A DNA stretch of 64,000 bases from Acidobacteriota bacterium (GCA_013285705.1 JABDHA010000005.1:25325-89324); one strand, 5' to 3'. Positions 1 through 9,693 are shown, numbered from the stretch's first letter. The notes: generated by a model not told the origin, from the letters alone. Made by a program: numbers and translations.

Positions 1-203
1 GCAAAGCGGTCGATATGCCAGAACAGCGGTTCCTTGAGGGTCCCGGGCAACGGTTTGTTTTCGACGAGGCTGCAACCAATCTCTCCCCGCCGTTCCGGTG
101 AGTTTTCTACGCAAGCCGGCTCTAACTGCGCAGTCGCGATCCTGGTCACGATGGTCAGGAGCATGATCGCTCCGATCAAACACCATACCCTGAGCGCCTT
201 CAA
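1..203 (-). CDS. Secreted protein, possibly cupin-domain (runs off the window edge)
   Basis: Not in the ORF track. Manual translation from TTG at 203 gives LKALRVWCLIGAIMLLTIVTRIATAQLEPACVENSPERRGEIGCSLVENKPLPGTLKEPLFWHIDRF, open to position 1, with a signal-peptide-like N-terminus. The cupin call is from recollection only. Confidence 0.55.
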   Translation of the reverse strand, partial: MKALRVWCLIGAIMLLTIVTRIATAQLEPACVENSPERRGEIGCSLVENKPLPGTLKEPLFWHIDRF

Positions 204-418
204 TCTCGAAACGCTTCCGGTCCGATAAAGAACATTCCTAGAAGGTTCGTGAATGTGCCATCGGTGGCGAAATGTTGGGAGTACGCTTCCGCATCTCCGT
301 TGTTCCAAGCGGTAGTTTGGTCTCGGATGATTTTTCGAACGGCTGATTCATCGGGTTTACGTTGAGCACCGAGCATCGTCGCGAAAAGAACCATTGCAAG
401 AATCGACGCTGTTTTCAT
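200..418 (-). pseudogene. Truncated SgcJ/EcaC (NTF2-like, DUF4440) family protein
   Basis: Signal peptide, then AVRKIIRDQTTAWNNGDAEAYSQHFATDGTFTNLLGMFFIG, a typical N-terminal half of the family. It stops abruptly at FRD*, so the C-terminal beta-strands are missing. Confidence 0.65.
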
Positions 419-528
419 AGTCCTCTCCTTCACCCCACCTCGGACTCAACTTCCCAGTTTCATAAATTAACCGCTCGCGTCTCGTTTTTACATACCCAGA
501 CAGATTTGTTGTTCGTCAGTAACCACAT

Positions 529-1176
529 TTAGGCAACCAGCCCCTTTCGGACGGCGTAAAGGACAATCTCGGCTGTGTTATGAAGATTCAACTTTTGCAT
601 CAGGTTGGTACGGTGGCTCTCAACCGTATACGGGCTGATGTACAGAAGAGCTGCCACTTCCTTATTTGTCTTGCCTTCCGCAAGTAATTGAAGTACTTCC
701 TTCTCTCGTCCCGTTAGCAGTTCAAATGTATCTGAAAGTCCCTCCTGTTTGAGTACAAGCATGTAATCCTCGAGCAACGCATCTGTGATCGTTCGGCTAA
801 AAAAGGGCCTTCCTTGTGCCACAGCCATGATTGCCAGCAACAGATCCTCTTCGGCTGATTCCTTCAATAAATACCCTTTGACGCCGACGTGGAGTGCTCT
901 TAGAAGATAGCTCTCGTCTGCGTGCATAGTGAGCATGATGATGCCGGTGTGGCTATTTCCATGCAAGATCTGTCGAGCCGCTTCAATGCCATTCAGCAGG
1001 GGCATTCCAACGTCCATGACGACAATCTGCGGCGAAAGCTTCGCAGCCATCGTCACGGCCTCTCGCCCATTTGCCGCTTCTCCTATGACCGAAAGCTCAG
1101 GATATTGTTCGAGAAGGAGCCGAAGGCCTTTTCGCACCACTCCGTGGTCGTCTGCGATCAGGACCTTGATTATCAT
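529..1176 (-). CDS. NarL/LuxR-family response regulator
   Basis: REC domain (LIADDH, VMDVGMP, GYLLK) and LuxR HTH (LTGREKEVLQLLAEGKTNKEVA). Start set to MIIKVLIADD at 1176. Confidence 0.95.
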   Translation of the reverse strand: MIIKVLIADDHGVVRKGLRLLLEQYPELSVIGEAANGREAVTMAAKLSPQIVVMDVGMPLLNGIEAARQILHGNSHTGIIMLTMHADESYLLRALHVGVKGYLLKESAEEDLLLAIMAVAQGRPFFSRTITDALLEDYMLVLKQEGLSDTFELLTGREKEVLQLLAEGKTNKEVAALLYISPYTVESHRTNLMQKLNLHNTAEIVLYAVRKGLVA

Positions 1177-1386
1177 GCCTAATCTTACCTTCTGAAAAGC
1201 ATCACCATTCCAGATCAACGTCTTTGTCACGGGCGATGTATCGTACACATCTTCACCCGCCCGCTTTCGTTGAAAAAGCGATCTACTTTCCTAAAATTAA
1301 GATAGACAGACGCGGCCGCCAAACCCAATCCCTTGAAGAGACTATTGGCGCACCGAAAAGGCAGGAGAGTCGCGGGAACGTGAGCA

Positions 1387-2712
1387 TCAATCGCGTCGAA
1401 CCGACGGATCGAGCTGGATGGGCAACTCTAACTTGATCAGAGTTCCGCGACCTGGTTGCGAGGTCACAATGATACTTCCTTGCAAAGAGCGCGCTCGCTC
1501 GGTCATACCGAGTAGCCCTAGGCCATGAGTTGGACGGCGCTTCGAGTCGAACCCTCTACCGTCATCATGTACGGACATCGACACTCGATTTCCTTGTTGC
1601 TCTACGATCACAGAAATGCGGCTAGCGTCAGCGTGCTTGCCGCAGTTCGTCATTGCCTCTTGAACCACACGATACAGACACAAGCGATGCGACTCCGGCA
1701 GGATCTCGACTTGGCCGTGAACGTTCACTGAGACAGGTATTCCGCACCTTCGTGAGAACTCTTTTGCTTGCCAGTGCAACGCCGATTCTAGCCCCAGATC
1801 GTCGAGCATGGAGGGGCGCAACAGTAAGGCGAGATTTCTCACAGAACGAAGTGCTTCTTCAGTCAGCCGCTTTACGCTTTCGAGTCGCTCTTGAAACCCC
1901 TTCTCCGGGTCCAAACGAGAAAACGTTCCGAGTTCCATTCGCAAACCCGTCAGTAACTGGCCCACCTCGTCATGTAGTTCTCTTGAGATAGTCTTTCTCT
2001 CCTCCTCCTGCACTAGCATTAGTCGATTGGATAGACCTCGAAGTTCGTGCTCCGCCTCCTCCGCGCGCCTCCTCTCTTTTTCTGAGACTCTGTCTAGCCG
2101 AGCCATGTATACGGTGCTAAATACGGCTATAGCAAGCTCTAGTAAGAGCAACAGGACTGTCGCCGCGATCGCAAATCGTCGTAAGTTACGCTGTTGAGCA
2201 TCGATTTCCTGCTCCTCTCGGACTAGGTTCGACTGATTCAACGCGTCAATGCGCCCCGCGAGTGCAAGAACCTTTTCTGGCCCACTTTCCAATTCAGTAA
2301 ACAGTTGACGTTGCCCGCGGTGGGGTTGCGGGGTGACCAGACTCTGCTTTCTGAACCCCCAATACTCATCCAGTCCCTGCTGCAAAGCGAGTATCTGTGC
2401 CTTCTGTTGTGACCCGAGTAGGGCAATCAGGCTGACGCAATCGGTATCCGTGGTTCGCTGTAGGTCAGAAAGCTGTTCCTCGACATTTAGAGTGTCGGCA
2501 ATGCTGGAAGCGCTCTGTTTCATCAGAGCGGCCTTATTGATGTTTTCCTGGATGTCGGAGATTGCGTTATCCGCCCTCAGGTAAGTCTGACGCACAGTCC
2601 TTGTCTGTGTGAGAATTCGTTCGGCCTGCCGTGATACGAGCCAAGCGAAAAGTGGCAAGAGGAGCAGCGCGCCAAAAGATGCTGCGACCGCAGGCCAAAA
2701 TCGAAAGCGCAT
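1387..2712 (-). CDS. Membrane sensor histidine kinase (HisKA_3, NarX/UhpB type)
   Basis: Two TM segments, EEERKTISRELHDEVGQ H-box, QEAMTNCGKHA N-box, DDGRGF and GLGLLGM G-boxes. Confidence 0.95.
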   Translation of the reverse strand: MRFRFWPAVAASFGALLLLPLFAWLVSRQAERILTQTRTVRQTYLRADNAISDIQENINKAALMKQSASSIADTLNVEEQLSDLQRTTDTDCVSLIALLGSQQKAQILALQQGLDEYWGFRKQSLVTPQPHRGQRQLFTELESGPEKVLALAGRIDALNQSNLVREEQEIDAQQRNLRRFAIAATVLLLLLELAIAVFSTVYMARLDRVSEKERRRAEEAEHELRGLSNRLMLVQEEERKTISRELHDEVGQLLTGLRMELGTFSRLDPEKGFQERLESVKRLTEEALRSVRNLALLLRPSMLDDLGLESALHWQAKEFSRRCGIPVSVNVHGQVEILPESHRLCLYRVVQEAMTNCGKHADASRISVIVEQQGNRVSMSVHDDGRGFDSKRRPTHGLGLLGMTERARSLQGSIIVTSQPGRGTLIKLELPIQLDPSVRRD

Positions 2713-3124
2713 GTGACAACCTTACTCCCGTAACGCGGTGGGAGAACCGAATCCCGGTGACGGCCATGCCAATGGACGGCGTAGATACGCTACACAAGAA
2801 TGGATTTAGCCAACTCCCGGCGCGCTAGTGTCTTTATTCCTCTAATCTACGTTGAAGGCTCTATAGCATTCATTGTTGTTGCATACGTAGCCTGTGAGAG
2901 TCAGGGAAGTCAGCAACAAGTCGCCTACCCCGTCAACAAGCAAGAAGCGCCGGACTTTCTTCGCGAGAAGAAGCACGCGGAAGAGTATGGTCTGAAGTCC
3001 GGCGACCGTCTAGGTCAATCCACCGTCGTAGGCCCAGGTAAGTATGTGCAATTGACGGGACTCCACACTAAGACAGACGAGTAGGGTCGCTCGATTGGCG
3101 CAGGCCAGAGTTCAAAGGAAAACT

Positions 3125-3391
3125 ATGGAAAAGCATCATATCGCTCACCTCGAAGAACAACTGAGGGATCTGCACACGGGCTTGCGGGATCTCGCAAGCG
3201 GATATGAAGTCGAGGAATTGATAGGCATAATCCACAAGCCCGGATGGACAACCGCTGAAGCGGAGTTGTTCATTGGTCTTGTGGAATCTATGGTTGCGCA
3301 GACCAGAAATCTGTCTTCACTCCAGCGGGTGCTGTTCAACGGCGCCGCCAAGGTTGAATTGAATCCCCAGCCCTTGCCACCGATAGGGTAG
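3125..3391 (+). CDS. Small hypothetical protein with C-terminal LNPQPLPP motif
   Basis: AAGGA RBS before ATG 3125. Helical 88-aa protein containing IIHKPGWTT and ending VELNPQPLPPIG. Confidence 0.75.
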   Translation: MEKHHIAHLEEQLRDLHTGLRDLASGYEVEELIGIIHKPGWTTAEAELFIGLVESMVAQTRNLSSLQRVLFNGAAKVELNPQPLPPIG

Positions 3392-3795
3392 ACGTTCGTC
3401 ACGATTGCAAACAGTTTCTAGGCCAGTCTTTAAAGGAATGTCATGGCACAGACGAGCAAGACCACCGACCCGAGCGTCATCTCTATAGCGAGCACAACAT
3501 GGGCGATCCAATCGCCTGCCGTCCTTGGCTTCCCAAAGTTGAACATCGCGCAATGGTAGCATCCATAACTTTCGACTTGCTGGCGGCTCTCGCGCATGTA
3601 ATCAGCCACTCCGCCGCCCTTCGCCAGCCACCTCGCTACCTTATATATGAATTAGCTCTATGATCAACGCTTTCTGTCCGTAGACATCAACAAACGTACT
3701 GAACAAAATGAACCACTTGCAGCGAGTGTCTGTTCGGGCGGGAAAGGCTGTAAATCCATTCAATTCAATGAAAATACAGACGGTTATTTGATTGC

Positions 3796-3849
3796 GAGCA
3801 TTCGACCCTTAATCGACAGGTTGAAGGTTCGATTCCTTCCGCGTCCACC
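3796..3849 (+). pseudogene. 3' fragment of tRNA-Lys(CTT), probable att site of an integrative island
   Basis: GAGCA-TTCGA-CCCTTAA-TCGAC-AGGTT-GAAGG-TTCGATT-CCTTC-CGCGTCC-ACC gives an anticodon arm (CTT), a perfect T-arm and the 3' acceptor strand. The 5' acceptor strand and D-arm are absent. Confidence 0.8.
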
Positions 3850-4234
3850 CAGAAAACCTCAATCCCTCAAGCAGATGTCGATCCGAGAAATCGGAGCCAT
3901 TATGGGTGTGCGATCGATTACCAAAGTGCGCTCGAATGATCAAAAAACCGCACTAATTACTGGTCACAAATCAGTTATTTCGCTAGCGTTGAGAATCATA
4001 AAACAACAGCATCATGATCTCTGAAACACTTTAAAAGTCTCTAATCTGCCGCGTTCTCGCATTCGCTCCTCCCCCAACGAGCGCACGTCGAGCACATCAA
4101 CGCATAGAGGGGCAAGACGGGTGCCCTCTGCGGCTTCATGTACTTGGCTGTGGCCTTATGCACAGCGGAGACCTGGATTCCTCTGGGCAACTTCTGCGCT
4201 GATAACGAATGAATTTAATCCATCGAGGGAAAAG

Positions 4235-4417
4235 ATGAAAAATCGCATCTCAAGAATTGAAATATTTCTACTGCTTGCTGGAATACTCTGCCTATGTTCC
4301 GTCTCTTTTGTGGCCGGTCGCAATTCATGGAGAATGGGAACGCATGTAGCGCAGTCCAGGCATGGGATGAATGAGCTCGATCGTTTGCAGCAAGAGACCG
4401 CGAGCCAAAGACAATAG
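4235..4417 (+). CDS. Small hypothetical membrane/secreted protein
   Basis: GAGG RBS before ATG. MKNRISRIEIFLLLAGILCLCSVSFVAGR has a basic N-terminus followed by a hydrophobic helix. Confidence 0.5.
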   Translation: MKNRISRIEIFLLLAGILCLCSVSFVAGRNSWRMGTHVAQSRHGMNELDRLQQETASQRQ

Positions 4418-4682
4418 TTGATCCACCCGCCCGCATACTGCGATACGAATCAAAACAAATGTGAGCTGTCATGTGCTGTCTAACCCTTCCAAGCGGCTTT
4501 TGGCTTGAAGGGCTCACCAGCCCCTTTTTCACCTACTGAAAGCTATTTGCAGCAAGTGTCTATGTGGGGGAGAAGCCTTTCATCAATCACTTGCGTCCAA
4601 CACTCGAGAAATCGGTTCTTACCAGGGGAATCTCTTCGAGCCCGGTAAGTTGCAAATCGAAGGTAGTATGCTTTCTCGGTGA

Positions 4683-5258
4683 ATGCGAATCGAATCTGAA
4701 AAGATAACAAGCGGCTGGTGTAGCCGTTTCCTGCTAATCCTCGACTGCGTAACATTTGCGATCTCCGGTTGCGGTACGACTGCACCCAAGACAGCGAGCC
4801 CGAGCGCTACGAGCCCAACCCCGGCCCCTACAGCAGGGCATCAAGTGGATCTCAGCTGGTCCGCACCCAATAACTCCCCGGTCAAGATCGTTGGCTATAA
4901 CATCTACCGTTCGGCACCCGATAATTCCTCGTCGCAACGGCTGAATCTATCCGCTGTAACCCAGACAACCTATGTGGATAGCACGGTTCAAAGTGGTCAG
5001 TTCTACAAATACGTCGTAAAGAGTGTGGATGCTTCCGGAGTCGAGAGTGCTCCATCCAACACGTTTTCCCTGACAGATACCGAAAGAGTCCGCCAAAATT
5101 ATCCCAAAGCTCCTGCTTGGCAAGCCTTTATTTTGAAATTGCATGTGTCCACCAGCAAACCCGGCCTGCAATTTGCCGTGCAGATGCCCCAGAACGGTGG
5201 TAATCTTCGGTGCGAAGTCTGGTTCAAAACCCATTATCAGGAAGAAAGGTCTTTATGA
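4683..5258 (+). CDS. Fibronectin type III domain lipoprotein
   Basis: Lipobox-like ISGC, a S/T/P linker, then the FN3 pattern VDLSWSAP...GYNIYRS...YVDSTVQSG..YKYVVKSVDASGVESAPSN. The C-terminal ~60 aa look like non-conserved read-through. Confidence 0.75.
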   Translation: MRIESEKITSGWCSRFLLILDCVTFAISGCGTTAPKTASPSATSPTPAPTAGHQVDLSWSAPNNSPVKIVGYNIYRSAPDNSSSQRLNLSAVTQTTYVDSTVQSGQFYKYVVKSVDASGVESAPSNTFSLTDTERVRQNYPKAPAWQAFILKLHVSTSKPGLQFAVQMPQNGGNLRCEVWFKTHYQEERSL

Positions 5259-6061
5259 GCCGCAATAAGCTTTTTCTGGTAACCACATTACTCTCCGCAG
5301 GGTTGCTGTTCTCAGGATGCAAGAAGTCGACTGACCAGGAACAAGCAGCATCACAACCTGCTGCGGCGCCCGCGAGTGAGCCGGCTGCAACGCAGCCGCC
5401 TGCAAGCCAACCAGCCACATCTTCAACGCCTGCCGCAGCGCCGGCTGCGGCCACTACACCAGCAGCGGCCCCAGCTCCCGCGGCGGCTCCTCCTGCACCA
5501 GCTCCCGCGCCTCCACCGCCACCGCCGCCTATCGTTGTGCCCGCCGGAACCACCTTGTCTGTCCGTCTGGGGAGCGCCGTAAGCTCTAAGACCAGCAGCC
5601 CGGGCGAGGGCTTCACCGGAACCTTGGCCAATTCTGTTTCTGTTCGCGGTGCAAGAGCGATTCCCGCCGGCGCGTCTGTCAGCGGTACGATCACCGATGC
5701 CAAATCGGCAGGCAAATTCAAAGGTGCTGCCAGCTTGGGCCTCACGCTGCAGTCCATTACGGTTCATGGCGCGAACTACCCCGTCACCACCAGCGTCTAT
5801 AGTCAACAGACGACAGGCAAAGGCAAGCGCAGTGCGGGCTTTATTGGCGGTGGTGCCGGTGGCGGCGCCTTGATCGGCGGTCTGGCCGGAGGCGGTAAGG
5901 GCGCATTAATCGGTGGACTTGTCGGAGCAGGCGCTGGAACGGCAGGCGCGGCCCTGACCGGAAACAATCGCGACATTTCGCTGTCACCAGAGACTGTGAT
6001 CAGCTTCAAGCTGATGAACTCCATCACCCTGCCACCGCACAAATCGGCAGACAGCGAATAA
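5255..6061 (+). CDS. Lipoprotein with Pro/Ala-rich linker and glycine-zipper C-terminus
   Basis: LFSGC lipobox, long P/A tract, VPAGTTLSVRL beta domain and GGGAGGGALIGGLAGGGKGALIGG zipper. Confidence 0.85.
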   Translation: MSRNKLFLVTTLLSAGLLFSGCKKSTDQEQAASQPAAAPASEPAATQPPASQPATSSTPAAAPAAATTPAAAPAPAAAPPAPAPAPPPPPPPIVVPAGTTLSVRLGSAVSSKTSSPGEGFTGTLANSVSVRGARAIPAGASVSGTITDAKSAGKFKGAASLGLTLQSITVHGANYPVTTSVYSQQTTGKGKRSAGFIGGGAGGGALIGGLAGGGKGALIGGLVGAGAGTAGAALTGNNRDISLSPETVISFKLMNSITLPPHKSADSE

Positions 6062-6077
6062 GCTGCTCAATCAACCC

Positions 6078-6112
6078 GAAACAGCCGCCACTTCAGGCGG
6101 CTGTTTCTGTTC
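6078..6112 (+). terminator. Rho-independent terminator
   Basis: Perfect 12-bp stem GAAACAGCCGCC-acttca-GGCGGCTGTTTC just after the stop at 6061. Confidence 0.8.
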
Positions 6113-6214
6113 ATAGCACTGGCTCAACTCAGTTGTTTTTAGAGATATGCCACGACCGGATAGATCAAAGTCGTTCCCTGATAGAGAAAATCGATTTACT
6201 ATTGGAGGACGCCT

Positions 6215-7399
6215 ATGCCCCTCACGAATGCCTCAGCGACGCAACCGACCTCCGCAGTTGTAAGCTCACTTGAGCTTCTCGACATCGTCAGCAACAAAGA
6301 TGAGCGAATCTCAGAACTTGCAGAGAAACAGGATCGCCTGATCGATTTGCTCGATGACTTAATGCTGTCAGCCATTCTCATCCGCGGTCATGAGAACATT
6401 GCCTGGATCACCGCAGGCCAGGTTGAAGTGCGCGTTGGCATCCCCGCGGAAACGGGTATCGCTTCGCTGCTGCTGACGCGCGATGGTCGCAAATATTATC
6501 TGACCACGAATAACGAAGCTGCCCGCCTTGCAGATGAAGAGTTCCCCGGCTTGGGATATGAGCCTGTGGTTGCGCCCTGGCACAGCAATAACATAATTGA
6601 GGGAACTCATCGCCTCGCGGGCGATGGCTCCATTGCAACCGATCGCGCTTTAGCCGGACTCGCGTCCGTGGACCTTGCGCCTTTGCGTGCGCCGTTCACC
6701 AATAGCGAAGCCTCTCGTCTCCGATGGCTCGCGCAACAAACTGCAGCCGTCACTGCAGAGACACTATTCGCGCTCGAACCCGGCATGACCGAGTATGAAA
6801 TGTCGGCCGGTGTCGCGCAGCACCTGATCGCCAAAGGCATTCTTCCCACGGTGCTACTGATGGCCGTAGATGAGCGCATCCGCAAATACAAGCATGCGGT
6901 CTCGCGCGGCGCGGTGCTCGAGCGTTACGGCATGCTCAATCTGTGCGCGCGCAAATGGGGACTCGCCGTTTCCATCACCCGCTTCGTTCACTTTGGAGCG
7001 GCTCCGCAACAGTTAATCGATGGATTTGCCGCATGCGCGCAAGTGAATGCAAAGCTTCTCCATGCGAGCCGTAAGGGTGTTTCGTCTGCAGAACTCTTCA
7101 CCGTCGCCGAGCGGGCATATCGCGATGCAGGCTTTGCCGGCGAAGAACAATTGCATCATCAGGGCGGACCGATTGGATATGTGGAGCGCGAATGGATAGC
7201 CTTGCCTGGCGGCCAGCAGGTGCTTACCGGAACGCAGGCTCTCGCGTGGAATCCGAGTATTCGTGGAACGAAGACCGAAGACACTGCACTGCTTCAGGAC
7301 GATGCCATCGAGATTCTGACGCAAACCTCATCGCTTCCTCAAATCTATCCAACGGTAGAAGGAATCACGTATCCTGCTGCCAACCTTCTGATTCGCTGA
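6215..7399 (+). CDS. M24 (pita-bread fold) peptidase/creatinase-like protein
   Basis: Creatinase-like N-domain, PGMTEYE, SITR, HHQGG.IGY..RE and WNPSI.GTKTED. GGAGG RBS. Confidence 0.85.
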   Translation: MPLTNASATQPTSAVVSSLELLDIVSNKDERISELAEKQDRLIDLLDDLMLSAILIRGHENIAWITAGQVEVRVGIPAETGIASLLLTRDGRKYYLTTNNEAARLADEEFPGLGYEPVVAPWHSNNIIEGTHRLAGDGSIATDRALAGLASVDLAPLRAPFTNSEASRLRWLAQQTAAVTAETLFALEPGMTEYEMSAGVAQHLIAKGILPTVLLMAVDERIRKYKHAVSRGAVLERYGMLNLCARKWGLAVSITRFVHFGAAPQQLIDGFAACAQVNAKLLHASRKGVSSAELFTVAERAYRDAGFAGEEQLHHQGGPIGYVEREWIALPGGQQVLTGTQALAWNPSIRGTKTEDTALLQDDAIEILTQTSSLPQIYPTVEGITYPAANLLIR

Positions 7400-7413
7400 T
7401 TTTTACACCGTCT

Positions 7414-8064
7414 TTACTCCTGGGCGGGCCCCTTGTAGGCGCTCACCAATAACGCGACCGTGATTGCAACGTAGAGAACTCCGGTGACCCCTTCCAACGC
7501 TGCGAGCATGCGGACCTCACCGTCGAGCGGGACAATATCTCCGTAACCGACCGTAGTGAGAGTTACCAGGCTGAAGTACAGCAGTTCGCTTTGACGGTCG
7601 GCGATCGCTGCGTTGTTGAAGAGGAACGACCCCGGACGGAAGACGTCGATCGCACTGTAAACGGCAAACCATTGCATCCCGAGCAACAAGTAAATACTGA
7701 TCGCCGTGTAGAGGTGCGCGGTCAGGATGGTACGTGCATTCCTTAGATACGAGAAGAATCCGACAACCGTAAGCGCGAAGAATGCGGCCAGTACCACCCA
7801 TTTCATTCCGGTCAATGTTCGATTAGGAAAGAACGTGCTCGCAAGGCTCAAGAGCGATGCGCCCGACATTAGCAATACCGAGGGCAATACCCAGCCCTTT
7901 GTCTGTGACAACCTGAATGTCGCCAGGATGACCGGCACAAACATCAACACTCCTAGAACCAGTCTTCCCACGTCATCGTGATCCAGCACCGGATAGATCA
8001 AGATGACCAACAACACTGATAGCAGGAGAAATAAATCTGGTCGCGATTGAAGTTTTATCTGCAT
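7414..8064 (-). CDS. Potassium channel family protein (Ion_trans_2)
   Basis: Multiple TM helices and the selectivity filter YFSLVTLTTVGYGDIVP. Confidence 0.9.
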   Translation of the reverse strand: MQIKLQSRPDLFLLLSVLLVILIYPVLDHDDVGRLVLGVLMFVPVILATFRLSQTKGWVLPSVLLMSGASLLSLASTFFPNRTLTGMKWVVLAAFFALTVVGFFSYLRNARTILTAHLYTAISIYLLLGMQWFAVYSAIDVFRPGSFLFNNAAIADRQSELLYFSLVTLTTVGYGDIVPLDGEVRMLAALEGVTGVLYVAITVALLVSAYKGPAQE

Positions 8065-8374
8065 TCGAAGTCAAGTGCCAGTGGCATCAACAGAACACAC
8101 AGGCACAAATGACAATTACTTCTTTCATACGCTTTTTCTCCTCGCTGAATTTGCACTTAAGGGGTCTGCTCGTCACCCTTTGTACCGCAGCTACAGCGCC
8201 GGCGTGGCGGTCCTGCGAGACTCCTATCCCTTGGGAAGTTTTATTGTCCGTTCGCTGAGAGAAATGGGATACTGGCAAATCTGCCAGTCAGGCGACGTAT
8301 CGCTCACCTCATCGTCAACACATGCAGTGAAGCCGTTGCCACAATCTTCGCCCTCTTGTGATATCTTGCCCGCA

Positions 8375-9676
8375 ATGACTCGATCGCTCGTCCGCATTCT
8401 CTTTGTTGCTCTGCTCGCATTCTGCCCTATCGCCAACGCCCAAAATACCACGCAGTACCTGCGATGCGGCGCTCTTTTCGATAGTGTCAGCGGCACACTC
8501 CGTCAACACGTTGTCATCGAAATTTCCGGCAACAAAATTATCAACGTCCACCCCGAAGATCAGGCGCCCACGGGTGACAGGGTCACCGATCTCTCCAGCG
8601 AAACCTGTCTTCCCGGGCTAATCGACACGCATACGCACGTGCTTCTGCAAGGCGATGCGACGGCTTCGTCCTACGCGGATCAACTACTGAAACAGTCTCT
8701 TGCTTACCGCGCTATCGTGGGCGCAGCAACTGCAGGCAAAGCCCTCGGCTATGGCTTCACCACCATTCGTGACTTGGAAACCGAAGGTGCGTTATACGCC
8801 GATGTCGACATCAAGCACCTCATCGAACAAGGCGTCATTCCCGGTCCGCGCATGCAGGTCGCTACACGCGCGCTTGACGTGACGGGCGCCTATCCGCTGC
8901 TTGGCTACGCATACGGCGTCGACGTGCCTCACGGGGTGCAGCTCTGCGATGGCCCGGATGAATGCCGCAAAGCAGTCCGCGAACAAATTTCTTATGGCGC
9001 AGATTGGATCAAGGTCTACGTCGACCGCGGCTACTTCCTGCGGCCTGACGGCGTGCTCGACGACATTCCCACCTTTACGCTCGATGAGCTAACCGCCATT
9101 GTGGATGAAGCCCATCGTCAGAACCATCCCGTAGCTGCCCATGCTATGGGACTACATGGCGTTCACAACGCGATCACCGCCGGAGTCGACACGCTCGAAC
9201 ATGGCGACTATATCGCGCCCGAAGATCTGAAGACCATGGCCGCCAAAGACATGTGGTATGTGCCCACTACCTACGCGCTCGAAGCCGTGGCGGAAGGCCG
9301 CGCAAGCGACGGCAATCCTGTCTATCAGCAGATGATCAAGACGCACGCCGATACCTTCCGACGCGCCATGGCTGCTCATATCAAGATTGCGTTCGGCACT
9401 GACGCCGGAGCTTTCCCTTGGACCACTAACCCTGCGAAGGAATTTTCAACACTCGTACGCGATGGTATGTCGCCATCTGTAGCCATTCAAAGCGCGACCA
9501 TGCAAGCCGCAAAGCTCATGCATATGGACGACAAACTCGGCATCATTGAACCAGGCAAGCTTGCGGATATCGTAGCCGTACCCGGCAATCCACTCGATCA
9601 AATCTCAGTCATGGAGAAAGTTGACTTCGTGATGAAAGATGGGATGATCTATCGCAACACGCAAGCAAAGCAATAA
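8375..9676 (+). CDS. Secreted amidohydrolase (prolidase-like, Amidohydro_1)
   Basis: Signal peptide from ATG 8375. Motifs PGLIDTHTH, WIKVY, AAHA, EHG, GTDAG and GKLADIV. Confidence 0.92.
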   Translation: MTRSLVRILFVALLAFCPIANAQNTTQYLRCGALFDSVSGTLRQHVVIEISGNKIINVHPEDQAPTGDRVTDLSSETCLPGLIDTHTHVLLQGDATASSYADQLLKQSLAYRAIVGAATAGKALGYGFTTIRDLETEGALYADVDIKHLIEQGVIPGPRMQVATRALDVTGAYPLLGYAYGVDVPHGVQLCDGPDECRKAVREQISYGADWIKVYVDRGYFLRPDGVLDDIPTFTLDELTAIVDEAHRQNHPVAAHAMGLHGVHNAITAGVDTLEHGDYIAPEDLKTMAAKDMWYVPTTYALEAVAEGRASDGNPVYQQMIKTHADTFRRAMAAHIKIAFGTDAGAFPWTTNPAKEFSTLVRDGMSPSVAIQSATMQAAKLMHMDDKLGIIEPGKLADIVAVPGNPLDQISVMEKVDFVMKDGMIYRNTQAKQ

Positions 9677-9693
9677 GCGCCGAAGGTCTGCAA

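Noticed and set aside
2800-3084. 94-aa ORF and a GCCGGACTT/AAGTCCGGC inverted repeat in the divergent promoter region
   Set aside because: The ORF has no convincing RBS or motif, and a single 9-bp inverted repeat with a long loop is not enough to call an ncRNA or operator.
3796-3849. Functional tRNA-Lys gene
   Set aside because: The 5' acceptor strand and D-arm are missing and the anticodon loop has C33.
5340-5530. Low-complexity GC-rich repeats
   Set aside because: They are explained by the Pro/Ala linker of the lipoprotein.
8075-8374. 100-aa N-terminal extension of the amidohydrolase, and similar extensions of Dyp, fabG, purH and the asd-like gene in the ORF track
   Set aside because: These are upstream in-frame sequences without family features. 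Signal peptides, RBSs or motifs point to later starts.
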